A stretch of DNA of 64,000 nt from an uncultured candidatus Brocadiaceae bacterium (GTDB lineage: Bacteria; Planctomycetota; UBA1135; UBA2386), in NCBI GenBank assembly GCA_964392305.1, contig CAYMPV010000029.1:3171-67170 (forward strand), given 5' to 3'. The position numbers and the translations under genes are program-made. Shown piece by piece: positions 27,501 through 35,810 of this stretch (position 1 is the stretch's first letter; each line of letters opens with the position of its first letter). Below the pieces are notes generated by a model. It was not told where the DNA came from. It searched no databases and was given only the letters and a program-made list of their open reading frames with translations.

Positions 27501-28535
27501 ATGAGGTCGGACCTTCGCGTCGTCGTCGTCGTGCCGAGCATCCGCCAGGAGCATCTCGAACAGTTCCTCGCGGCCTGGCGGCATGAGTTCGCGGCGGCGA
27601 CCGTGCTGGTCGTCGAGGATCACGCCGAGCGTGAGTTCGACCTGCGCCACCACGACAACGTCGTGCACCTGTGCTGGCAGGACATCGACCGCGAGATGGG
27701 TGAGGCGTCCTGGATCGTGCCGCGCATGACCGACTGCGTGCGCAGCTACGGCTATCTGCGAGCCTGGCGCATGTTGCCCGACATGATCGTGACGCTCGAC
27801 GACGATTGCCTGCCGGGGCCCGAGGGCGCCGACGGATTCCTGATGCGTCATTGGCAACGGTTGCAGGCCGGCGGCACCGACAATGCCTGGGTGTCGACCA
27901 TCGGCGGCACGGTGCCGCGCGGCGTGCCCTACTACGCCCAGCAGCGGCAACGTCGCTGTGTGGTCAACCACGGGCTGTGGACCAACGTGCCCGACTACGA
28001 CGCCGCGACGCAGTTGCTGCAGGCGCGCACGCCGACGCCGAGCACGATGATCGACCAGACGATCCCGGTCGGCAGCTACTTCCCGATGTGCGGCATGAAC
28101 CTCGCCTTCCGCCCCGAGGTGGTGCCGGCGCTGTACTTCCTGCTGATGGGGCGCAGCCACCCCGTGGATCGCTTCGGCGACATCTGGTGCGGCCTGTTCG
28201 TCAAACGCATCTGCGATCACCTGGGGCTCGCCGTCAACAGCGGCGGCCCGGCGATCGAACACCAACGCGCCTCGAACGTGTTCGCGAACCTGCGTAAGGA
28301 AGCGCCGGGCATGGAGTGGAACGAGACCCTGTGGCGCTGCATCGACGACGCGCGATTGACCGAGACCACGTTCGTGGGCTGCTATCGGCAACTGGCCGCA
28401 GCGATCGCCACTCACGGCGGCGACTACTTCGCCCGCCTGTCGGTGGCGATGCAGCTGTGGGCCGACCAGTTCGGTCCCGTGTTGCAGCCGCAGCCGCGCC
28501 CGGTGGGCAGTGTCCCGGCCACGGTCTGCGTATGA
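27501..28535 (+). CDS. reversibly glycosylated polypeptide / UDP-L-arabinopyranose mutase homologue (GT75, PF03214-like)
   Basis: ATG at 27501. Motif-by-motif match to plant RGP as I remember it. VVVPSIRQEHLEQF (plant IVIPTIRNLDFLE), TLDDDC (TIDDDC), PRGVPY (VRGYPF). NHGLWTNVPDYDAATQL (SHGLWLNIPDYDAPTQL), PMCGMNLAF (identical), YFLLMG (YFGLMG). RFGDIWCGLFVKRICDHLGL (RYDDMWAGWCIKVICDHL), HQRASNVFANLRKE (HSKASNPFVNLKKE). Confidence 0.85.
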   Translation: MRSDLRVVVVVPSIRQEHLEQFLAAWRHEFAAATVLVVEDHAEREFDLRHHDNVVHLCWQDIDREMGEASWIVPRMTDCVRSYGYLRAWRMLPDMIVTLDDDCLPGPEGADGFLMRHWQRLQAGGTDNAWVSTIGGTVPRGVPYYAQQRQRRCVVNHGLWTNVPDYDAATQLLQARTPTPSTMIDQTIPVGSYFPMCGMNLAFRPEVVPALYFLLMGRSHPVDRFGDIWCGLFVKRICDHLGLAVNSGGPAIEHQRASNVFANLRKEAPGMEWNETLWRCIDDARLTETTFVGCYRQLAAAIATHGGDYFARLSVAMQLWADQFGPVLQPQPRPVGSVPATVCV

Positions 28536-31500
28536 GTCTGCCTCCGGTCACGGTGGTGGTCGCCAGCTATCGCAAGGCGGCGACGTTGCGGGCTTGCCTC
28601 GACGCGGTGCTCGCCAGCGATCATCCCGACTTCCAGGTCCTGGTCGTCGACTCCGGCTCTGCCGACGGCACGCTCGAAGTCCTCGCGCGTCACTTCCCCA
28701 GGGTGCGTGTCGAGCACCTGCCCGGTTCCAGCCTGCCGGCGGCACTCAACCGCGGCATTGCGCTCGCCGGGCGTCGCGACGTCGTGCGCCTGCACGGCGA
28801 CGTGGTGCCGCAGCGGCGGGACTGGCTGACGCGGATGGCGACGACCGCCAACGCCACGGCATCGGTCGGCGTCGTCGGCGTCAAGCTCGTGCACGCCAAC
28901 GGCCGGATCCAGTCGCTGGGCCGCGACCTCGTCACCGGCCTGGGCTTCGGCCGCCCCGGCGACGACCGGCGCGCGTTCGAGTTCGACGACGGTCAGGGTG
29001 GCGAACCGATCGAGGTCGACGCCGTTCGCGGCGCCTGCGCCTACTATCGCCGGCAGGTGCTCGATCGCGTCGGCCTCGACGAGGCCTATGCGCCCGCGCA
29101 CGGTGACGACGACGACTTCTGCCTCGCGGCCCGCTATCACGGTTTCTCGGTGTTCGTCGACCCCGCCGTCACCGCCGTGCACCACACGCCGCACCTGTCG
29201 CGCATGACCGCGTTCGCGGGCATGCCGCAACAGGCCGATCTGGTGGCCGCCTTGTCCAGTGGCGCAGACTGTCGCGCGCGCACGTTCGCCTACTTCGCGG
29301 CCAAGTGGGGTTTCGATCCGCTGGGCCCCGATCTGCACGAGATCCGCCGGCGTTACGGGCACACGGCGATCTGCTGGCGCATCGGTGAGGCGCTGCGCTA
29401 CCCGAACGACACGCCGCAGCCGTGTGTCGACATCGCCTTCGTCACCTGCAACAGCGCCCGCGTGTTGCCGCAGATGCTCGCGGCGTTGGCTGCCACGCGG
29501 TGGCCGCACCTGCGCGCCTACGCCGTCGACAACGGCAGCACCGATGGGACGTTGTCGATCCTCGAGGACTGGGCCGGCCGGTTGCCGTTCGGGTTGCAGA
29601 TCCACCGCCTGCCGCTCAACGTCGGGGTGGCACCGGCGATGAACCTGGCGTTCACGCTGGGCTCGTCACCGCTGGTGGCGCGGCTCGACGACGACGCGAT
29701 CGTCACGCCCGATTGGCTCGAGCGTCTGGTGCCCAGGTTCGCGCAACGGCCCTTCGCGGGCGTGGTCGCGCCGCGCGTGCTGCACGCCGGTGCCGCCGAA
29801 GTGCTGCAGGCGCGACCCGGTCGTGCCTGGCCGATGGCGCTGCCGCGCGGCACGGAGCCCGTGCGTTACGACGGGTTGATGCGCCTGGGTTCGTTGTGCG
29901 GCTGCTGCAACCTGTACCGCCGCGACGTTCTCGAACGAGCCGGGTTGCTCGACATCCGCTACGCGCCGACGCAGTACGACGACACCGACCACCACATCGC
30001 CATCGCCAACCGCGGTTACGAAGTGTTGCACGACGGCACGGCGACGGTGCGCCACCTGCTCAACCAGGGACGTTCGCAGACCAGCGCTGCGATGAGCAGC
30101 GCCGTCGCCAACCAGGGCAAGCTCGTCGGCAAGTGGGGTGGTGACGTGTTGCGGCGTCTCGATCGCGGCATCGACCTGTCGAACGAAGGCCGGTTCCTGC
30201 CCGCCGATGGCGATACGAGCGCATTCCTGGCCCGGTTGCCGGCGGGCTCACCGCCGACGCCAACGCCGCACCGGCCGGATCCGCAGGTCGCGCAGTTGCT
30301 CGCCACGCGCGCCGATGGTTTTGCCGACGGCGGAGCCTTCGACGTCTACGGCCGAACCCTGCTGGCCAGCGCCGAACACGCGTTGGCCCGAGGGGATCTG
30401 GACCTGTGCAGCAGTTGCCTGTGGTTCTTGATCGACGCGTTCCCACATCTGCCCGAGGTCCTGTCGCTGCACGCGCGCCGCACCGCCGCCGAGGGTGACC
30501 TGGACGCGGCGCGTCGGCTCATGAAACGCGCCATCAACCTGCGGCCGGACGACACCACTTTACGCGCCCAGGCCGCCGCGTTGGTTGCGCCTTCGATCGC
30601 GCCGGCCAGCGCGAACCAGGCACTCGACCGGGCCGTCGTGCTGCCGCCCTACGGTGGCGGCCCGGACACGCGCCACGACCTGGCGCACGCCCTGGCCGAG
30701 GCGTCTTCGGGTCGCGTCGTGACGGAGCCCGGTAGCGTGAATGCGGCCGTCGTGCACGTGCATGCCTTCGATCTCGACGACGCGCTGCTGTTGCTCGATC
30801 AGGTCAAGGCCGCGCGCGTCGCGGCCCCCGGCGCGCACATCGTGTTGTCGCCGTGGACCTGCGACCCCGAACCCGGTGCGTGGGCAACGTACGTGCTGCC
30901 GACCCTGTTCCGGCAGGCCGAGGGCGCGGCGCTCGATGACCTGTTGGCGCAAGCCGCGATGCAGCGTCTGGTCGTCGACGGCCGCACCGACCGGCGTCGC
31001 GCGGTCGCTCCCGCGGAGTGGCTGCAGCCTTACCAGCAGCGGGTGCTCGACAACGTCGACGAAGTGGCGCCGTTCAGCGCTCACGAGGTGCGTTGGCTGC
31101 GACGACGCTTCGCCAGGCTGCCGCCCATGCGCGATCCTGCCTGGCCCGAGTGTGTTGCTGACGGTGACGACGGCGCCGCGTTCCGCCATGAGTTCGGTCA
31201 GCGTGATTTCGTCCTGGTGCCCGGGCCGTTGCAGCCCGAACACAACCAACTGCTCGCGCTGTACGCCCTGCGCGACTGGCCTTGCGTCGTGATCGGCGCC
31301 CACCCGGACCCCGGCTACGCGGAGTTGTGCCGTCGCTTCGCGGGGCCGCGCACCACCTTCCTGCCACCGGTGTCGGCGAGGATGCTGCGTTCGGCGGTCG
31401 CCGCGGCGCGCCTGGTCGCCTTGCCGACGTTCCTCGATCGGCCGACCGCCTCGCACCTCTACGCACGGGCCGCCGGCACGCCGGTGCTGTGCACCATCGG

Positions 31501-31645
31501 CAGTTCGCTGGCGCAGTGCCTGGGCAGCCTCGCGTGCCCCGTCGATCCCTGCGACGTGACGGGCATGCGCGCCGCGGCACGAGAGCAGTTCGTCGATCTC
31601 CCGGTCTTCGAACGGCAACTCGCCGCACCGAGCGGCGCGGTCTGA
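28532..31645 (+). CDS. three-domain glycosyltransferase (GT2 + GT2 + helical/TPR-like region + GT4-like C-terminal half)
   Basis: ATG at 28532 overlaps the RGP stop (ATGA). First GT2: VTVVVASYRKAATLRACLDAVLAS..VVDSGSADGT. Second GT2: VDIAFVTCNSARVLPQML..AVDNGSTDGT..ARLDDDA. Helical segment: ALARGDLDLCSSCLWFLIDAFPHLPEVLSLHARRTAAEGDLDAARRLMKRAINLRPDD. C-terminus: FVLVPGPLQPEHNQLL..LPTFLDRPTASHLYARAAGTPVLC. Confidence 0.85.
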   Translation: MSLPPVTVVVASYRKAATLRACLDAVLASDHPDFQVLVVDSGSADGTLEVLARHFPRVRVEHLPGSSLPAALNRGIALAGRRDVVRLHGDVVPQRRDWLTRMATTANATASVGVVGVKLVHANGRIQSLGRDLVTGLGFGRPGDDRRAFEFDDGQGGEPIEVDAVRGACAYYRRQVLDRVGLDEAYAPAHGDDDDFCLAARYHGFSVFVDPAVTAVHHTPHLSRMTAFAGMPQQADLVAALSSGADCRARTFAYFAAKWGFDPLGPDLHEIRRRYGHTAICWRIGEALRYPNDTPQPCVDIAFVTCNSARVLPQMLAALAATRWPHLRAYAVDNGSTDGTLSILEDWAGRLPFGLQIHRLPLNVGVAPAMNLAFTLGSSPLVARLDDDAIVTPDWLERLVPRFAQRPFAGVVAPRVLHAGAAEVLQARPGRAWPMALPRGTEPVRYDGLMRLGSLCGCCNLYRRDVLERAGLLDIRYAPTQYDDTDHHIAIANRGYEVLHDGTATVRHLLNQGRSQTSAAMSSAVANQGKLVGKWGGDVLRRLDRGIDLSNEGRFLPADGDTSAFLARLPAGSPPTPTPHRPDPQVAQLLATRADGFADGGAFDVYGRTLLASAEHALARGDLDLCSSCLWFLIDAFPHLPEVLSLHARRTAAEGDLDAARRLMKRAINLRPDDTTLRAQAAALVAPSIAPASANQALDRAVVLPPYGGGPDTRHDLAHALAEASSGRVVTEPGSVNAAVVHVHAFDLDDALLLLDQVKAARVAAPGAHIVLSPWTCDPEPGAWATYVLPTLFRQAEGAALDDLLAQAAMQRLVVDGRTDRRRAVAPAEWLQPYQQRVLDNVDEVAPFSAHEVRWLRRRFARLPPMRDPAWPECVADGDDGAAFRHEFGQRDFVLVPGPLQPEHNQLLALYALRDWPCVVIGAHPDPGYAELCRRFAGPRTTFLPPVSARMLRSAVAAARLVALPTFLDRPTASHLYARAAGTPVLCTIGSSLAQCLGSLACPVDPCDVTGMRAAAREQFVDLPVFERQLAAPSGAV

Positions 31646-31691
31646 CCGCGTTGCCTGGCAGCCCGCCGAGCAGCCCGGCGAGCAGCGCCGA

Positions 31692-32501
31692 TCAGCCCAG
31701 CAGATCGACGGCGCGACGCGCGGATTGCCCCGAGATCCGGATGCCGGTGATCTGCAGGCTGTGCAGGATGCGATCGCGCGTGATGTTGGCGATCTCCTGG
31801 GCGACGTCGGCGTCTTCGATGCGCGACTGGGCCGCGGCCAGGTTCTCGCGGGTCGCGGCGGACGCCGACGACGAACGCTCCAACGACGACTCGACCGCGC
31901 CGAGCTTGCTGCGCACCGACGAGACCTGGTCGATCGCCTGGTCGAGTTTGCTCAGGGTCTGCGCATCGCCGACATCGAGATCGGCGACACCGATCGCCTG
32001 ACTGCGCACGTCGGGCAGGTCCAGCGTCGTCTGTTGGCCCTGGCCGTCGACGATGGTGCGCGCCGCGGCGCCGCTCTGCGAGCCGTCGAGCAGCGACTGC
32101 TGATCGCCGAACCGCGCACCGGCGGCGTTCTGGTCGATCTGCTCGGCGAGCTGGTCGTACTCGGCCTGGATCACGTTGCGATCCTCGGCCGACAGCGTGC
32201 CGTTCTGCGCCTGCACGGTCAGCTCACGCATGCGCGCCAGTGATTCGTGGGTGTTGGCGAGCGAACCCTCGGCGGTGCGCGCCATGCTGACGCCGTCGGC
32301 GAGATTGCGTTCGCCCTGTGCCAGACCGCGCACCTCGGCGCCGAGCCGGGTCGCGATCGCCAAACCCGCGGCGTCGTCGGCGGCGCTGTTGATGCGCTTC
32401 TGCGTCGACAGGCGCGCCATGCTGGTCTGCAGGCGTTGCTGCGTCTGGTGCAGGCCGCGTTGGCCCGGATTGGCGCCGCCGCCGTGGATCGAAAGGCTCA
32501 T
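31692..32501 (-). CDS. fliC: flagellin (short, 269 aa)
   Basis: ATG at 32501. N-domain MARLSTQKRINSAADDAAGLAIATRL and MRELTVQAQNGT. C-domain VRSKLGAVESSLE, AQSRIEDADVAQEIANITRDRIL, ending VDLLG. Confidence 0.9.
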   Translation of the reverse strand: MSLSIHGGGANPGQRGLHQTQQRLQTSMARLSTQKRINSAADDAAGLAIATRLGAEVRGLAQGERNLADGVSMARTAEGSLANTHESLARMRELTVQAQNGTLSAEDRNVIQAEYDQLAEQIDQNAAGARFGDQQSLLDGSQSGAAARTIVDGQGQQTTLDLPDVRSQAIGVADLDVGDAQTLSKLDQAIDQVSSVRSKLGAVESSLERSSSASAATRENLAAAQSRIEDADVAQEIANITRDRILHSLQITGIRISGQSARRAVDLLG

Positions 32502-32530
32502 CGTGTGGTTGCTCCGCTGTTCCCCGGGAG

Positions 32531-32558
32531 CTTTCGACGTCAATTGTGCAAGCCTTGA
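32531..32558 (-). promoter_or_regulatory. possible sigma-28 (FliA)-type promoter for the flagellin gene
   Basis: On the minus strand: TCAAGG, about 15-16 nt, then GTCGAAAG, compared with the TAAA-N15-GCCGATAA consensus (5 of 8 in the -10 element). It lies about 30 nt upstream of the ATG and overlaps the 3' end of the upstream pseudouridine synthase gene. Confidence 0.35.
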
Positions 32559-33544
32559 ACACCGTGTCCCGGAACGGGACGCAGGCCGGCCAGGAACCGG
32601 GCGAAGTGTTGTGGCATGGCGGCGCGCACGGTGAGGCGTTCCGCGGCATCGGGTGGTGTGAATGACAGTGCCGCGGCGTGCAGCAGGTGGTGGTCGATGC
32701 CGGTGCTCGCGACCCACGGCGAATCGTCGCGCCGCACGGCGTCGAGATCGGCCAGGTACGCGTCGTCATCGCGCCCGTAGAGCTTGTCGCCGACCAGCGG
32801 GTGGCCGAGGTGTTCGAGGTGGGCGCGGATCTGGTGGGTGCGGCCGGTGCGTGGCGCAGCGCGCACCAGCGTGTGGCGCGGGGTGCGCAGCAGCACCACG
32901 AAGTCGGTGATGGCCGGTGACGCGCCGCGGGCGTCGGCGGCGACGACGGCGCGCCGCGAACGAACGCGGCTGCCGGCGGCGGGGCCGAGCGGCGCGTCGA
33001 CGCACAGCGCGGCCGGTTCCCAAGTGCCGTGCGTCAAGGCAAGGTAGACCTTGTCGACGGCGCGCGTCGCGAACTGCTTCTGCAGCACGGCCATCGCTGC
33101 GGCGTCCTTGGCGAGCAGCAGCGCACCGCTGGTGTCGCGATCGAGGCGGTGCACGGCGTGCAGTTCGGCGACGCCGACGCGCGCCGACAGCGCGCGCAGG
33201 AAGGTGCGGCCGGGGAACACGCTCGCCGCGTGCACGACGCTGCCGGCGGGCTTGTCGACGACGAGGCAACGTTCGTCTTCGAACAGGATCGGCACGTGCA
33301 ACTCGTCGCGGGCGACCGCGACTGTGACGAGGTCGCCGGCGTGCACGTGGTCCCGCGGGTTCAGGATCGTGTCGTCACGCCACACGCGACCGGCGACGAT
33401 TGCATCGACCCACCCGGCCGTTGTGAGGTAGGTGAAGTGACGCGCCAACCAGTCGACCACCGGCGTCGGCGGGGTTCCGATGGGCACGCGGGAGCGCAAC
33501 GCCGCACCGGTGCCCGCGCCGCTGGGTTCGTCGTGATGCGCCAC
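32540..33544 (-). CDS. RluA-family pseudouridine synthase
   Basis: LVVDKPAG, HRLDRDTSGALLLAKD, KVYLALTHG, PRTGRTHQIRAHLEHLGHPLVGDKLYG. The start is uncertain; GTG at 33544 was chosen. The track ORF to 34123 runs antisense into the PKD gene. Confidence 0.85.
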   Translation of the reverse strand: MAHHDEPSGAGTGAALRSRVPIGTPPTPVVDWLARHFTYLTTAGWVDAIVAGRVWRDDTILNPRDHVHAGDLVTVAVARDELHVPILFEDERCLVVDKPAGSVVHAASVFPGRTFLRALSARVGVAELHAVHRLDRDTSGALLLAKDAAAMAVLQKQFATRAVDKVYLALTHGTWEPAALCVDAPLGPAAGSRVRSRRAVVAADARGASPAITDFVVLLRTPRHTLVRAAPRTGRTHQIRAHLEHLGHPLVGDKLYGRDDDAYLADLDAVRRDDSPWVASTGIDHHLLHAAALSFTPPDAAERLTVRAAMPQHFARFLAGLRPVPGHGVQGLHN

Positions 33545-33740
33545 GTCGGCATGGTCGCCGCGGCCGGTCGCCCGACCAAGGCGTCGTTGCCGAATGCGGA
33601 TCCTCGCCGCCCGATTCCATGCGAGCGTCGCGCACAGGCGGGATTGTCGGGTCTTCGCGAACTGGCATAGTTTCGCGGATCGCCGCCGATCACCGCGCAA
33701 TTCGCCGCGGGTCGCGCGGCGACTGACCCCTTCTTCATCG

Positions 33741-35765
33741 ATGCACAAGCTACTCGCCATCTGTCTGCTCGCCGCCTCGCTGGCCGCGCAGTCACCAGTC
33801 ACTGCCGGCGTCCAACCGAACACGACCAACTTCGTCGGGGGCCTCGTCGTCACCAACACGGCACCGCCGCCGGTGACGCAGCTCTTCGACCTGACCGTCA
33901 CGGATCCGAACGGCATCACCGTGACGCGTTTCGACTGCAACGTCAACACCAGCGCTGGCACGACCGGCACGCTCGGCGTGTGGATCACCGCCCCGAGCGG
34001 CACACATGTCGGCAACCACATGAACAATGCGGCCTGGACCCAGGTCGCGACGCAGACGATCACCCACGCCGGCGGGCGCGTCACGTTCACGCTGCCGACG
34101 CCGTTCTTCATGGCCGCCGGCACCTATGGCATGGCGCTGCATTACCAGGGCGCCAACCCGGTGTACACCAACCCGGCGACGCCGGTGCCGCCGCTGCCGA
34201 CGACCTACAGCACCAACGAAGTCACGCTCGACCTGAGCGTGGCGCGGGTGCGCGCCTCGGATCCGATCGATCCGTTCGGCGGCACCGCGGCCGGCTTCTC
34301 GCCGCGCCACGCCAACGTTGCGATGTACTACACGGTCGGCGCGGTGTCGGTCGACTTCGGCGGCACGCCGCTGCGCGGTGCCTCTCCGCTGCCGGTGCAG
34401 TTCACGAGCTTCGCCAACTCGGGCAACCCCGGTGGCATCCTCGCCTACGCGTGGGACCTCGACGGTGACCAGGTCATCGACTCGACGCTGCAGAATCCCT
34501 TGTTCGTCTACAACCAGTGCGGCAACTACACGGTGTCGCTCACGGTCGTCGACGCGCTCGGTGCGGCCACCGCGACCAAGGTCAACTACGTGCAGACCGA
34601 CATCATCGTGCCGAGCTTCACCAACCAGCTGCTCGCGCCCAACACGGTGCAGTTCACCGACACTTCGTCGCCGACGCCGGCGACCTGGGCGTGGGACCTC
34701 GACGGGGACACCGTCGTCGATTCGACGCTGCAGAACCCGATCTTCCTGTACGCCAACGCGTGCAGTGAGGTCACGGTCTCGGTGACCATGACGTTGGCCT
34801 GCCAGCCGGCGGTGACGTTGACCAAGAAGATCGCCGTCGCGTCGGCGCTGGAGACCACCTTCCAGGGCGGCCTGGTGACGACCACGACCGCGACCGGCGG
34901 GGTCAACTACATCGACGTCGACGTCACCAACCCCGACGGCGTCACCGTCTGCGGCATGCACGTCAACAGCGGTCTCGCTGCCAACAACCCGCTGACCGTG
35001 AACGTCTACCAGAAGCAGGGCACCTACGTCGGCGCGGTCGAGACCGCCGGGGACTGGCGACTGGTCGGCACCAACACGGTGACCTCGCTCGGTGGCGGTC
35101 AGCGCACCTTCGTGTCGTTCAGCCCGCCGATCTACCTGGCGCCCGGCGTCAGCGGCCTGGCGATCGAGCACGTCGGCGCGTCTCCGGTCTACACCAACAT
35201 GGGTGGCACGCGGGTTTTCGCCAACGCCGACCTGACGATCACCGCGGGCCTGACCCAGGCCGCGCCGATCTTCGGCCCGGCCGCGACGTCGACGCAGTTC
35301 TCGCCGCGCATCTGGAACGGGGCGCTGCACTACTCGACCAGCAGCAGCAACGCCGCACCCGGCTACGGCTACATCGGCGCGGGTTGCGCCGGCACGCTCG
35401 GCGTGCCGGGCAACGTCGCGACCAGCCAGCCGACGCTCGGAGGCACCGCGGTGTTCAACGTCGACAACGTGCCGCTCAACGCCGCGTTCTTCCTGGTCGG
35501 CCTCAGCCGCACCACCGCCGCGATCGGCGCGCTGCCGTTCGACCTGGCGCCGTTCGGCGCGGCAGGTTGCATGGCGCGCGTCTCGCCCGACGCCGTCAAC
35601 GTCGTGATCGGCGCCAACAACGCCATCAGCGTCAACTTCACGATCCCCAGCGCCACGGCGTTCGTGGGCGTGAAGTTGTTCACCCAGGCGCTGGTGCTCG
35701 ACCCCGCCGCGAACGCGCTCGGCGGCGTCACCTCGGACGCTGCGGCGATGATCGTCGGCCAGTGA
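33741..35765 (+). CDS. secreted PKD-domain protein with a duplicated flanking beta domain and a C-terminal beta module
   Basis: ATG at 33741 gives MHKLLAICLLAASLAAQSP. Two PKD units (PLPVQFTSFA..YAWDLDGDQVIDSTLQNPLFVY..YTVSLTVVD and NTVQFTDTS..WAWDLDGDTVVDSTLQNPIFLY). The duplicated domain starts at FVGGLVVTNT and at FQGGLVTTTT. Confidence 0.8.
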   Translation: MHKLLAICLLAASLAAQSPVTAGVQPNTTNFVGGLVVTNTAPPPVTQLFDLTVTDPNGITVTRFDCNVNTSAGTTGTLGVWITAPSGTHVGNHMNNAAWTQVATQTITHAGGRVTFTLPTPFFMAAGTYGMALHYQGANPVYTNPATPVPPLPTTYSTNEVTLDLSVARVRASDPIDPFGGTAAGFSPRHANVAMYYTVGAVSVDFGGTPLRGASPLPVQFTSFANSGNPGGILAYAWDLDGDQVIDSTLQNPLFVYNQCGNYTVSLTVVDALGAATATKVNYVQTDIIVPSFTNQLLAPNTVQFTDTSSPTPATWAWDLDGDTVVDSTLQNPIFLYANACSEVTVSVTMTLACQPAVTLTKKIAVASALETTFQGGLVTTTTATGGVNYIDVDVTNPDGVTVCGMHVNSGLAANNPLTVNVYQKQGTYVGAVETAGDWRLVGTNTVTSLGGGQRTFVSFSPPIYLAPGVSGLAIEHVGASPVYTNMGGTRVFANADLTITAGLTQAAPIFGPAATSTQFSPRIWNGALHYSTSSSNAAPGYGYIGAGCAGTLGVPGNVATSQPTLGGTAVFNVDNVPLNAAFFLVGLSRTTAAIGALPFDLAPFGAAGCMARVSPDAVNVVIGANNAISVNFTIPSATAFVGVKLFTQALVLDPAANALGGVTSDAAAMIVGQ

Positions 35766-35810
35766 GTCGATGATGGCGGTGGTGCGCGCCGGGCGTAGAG
35801 TCCGGTGCGC

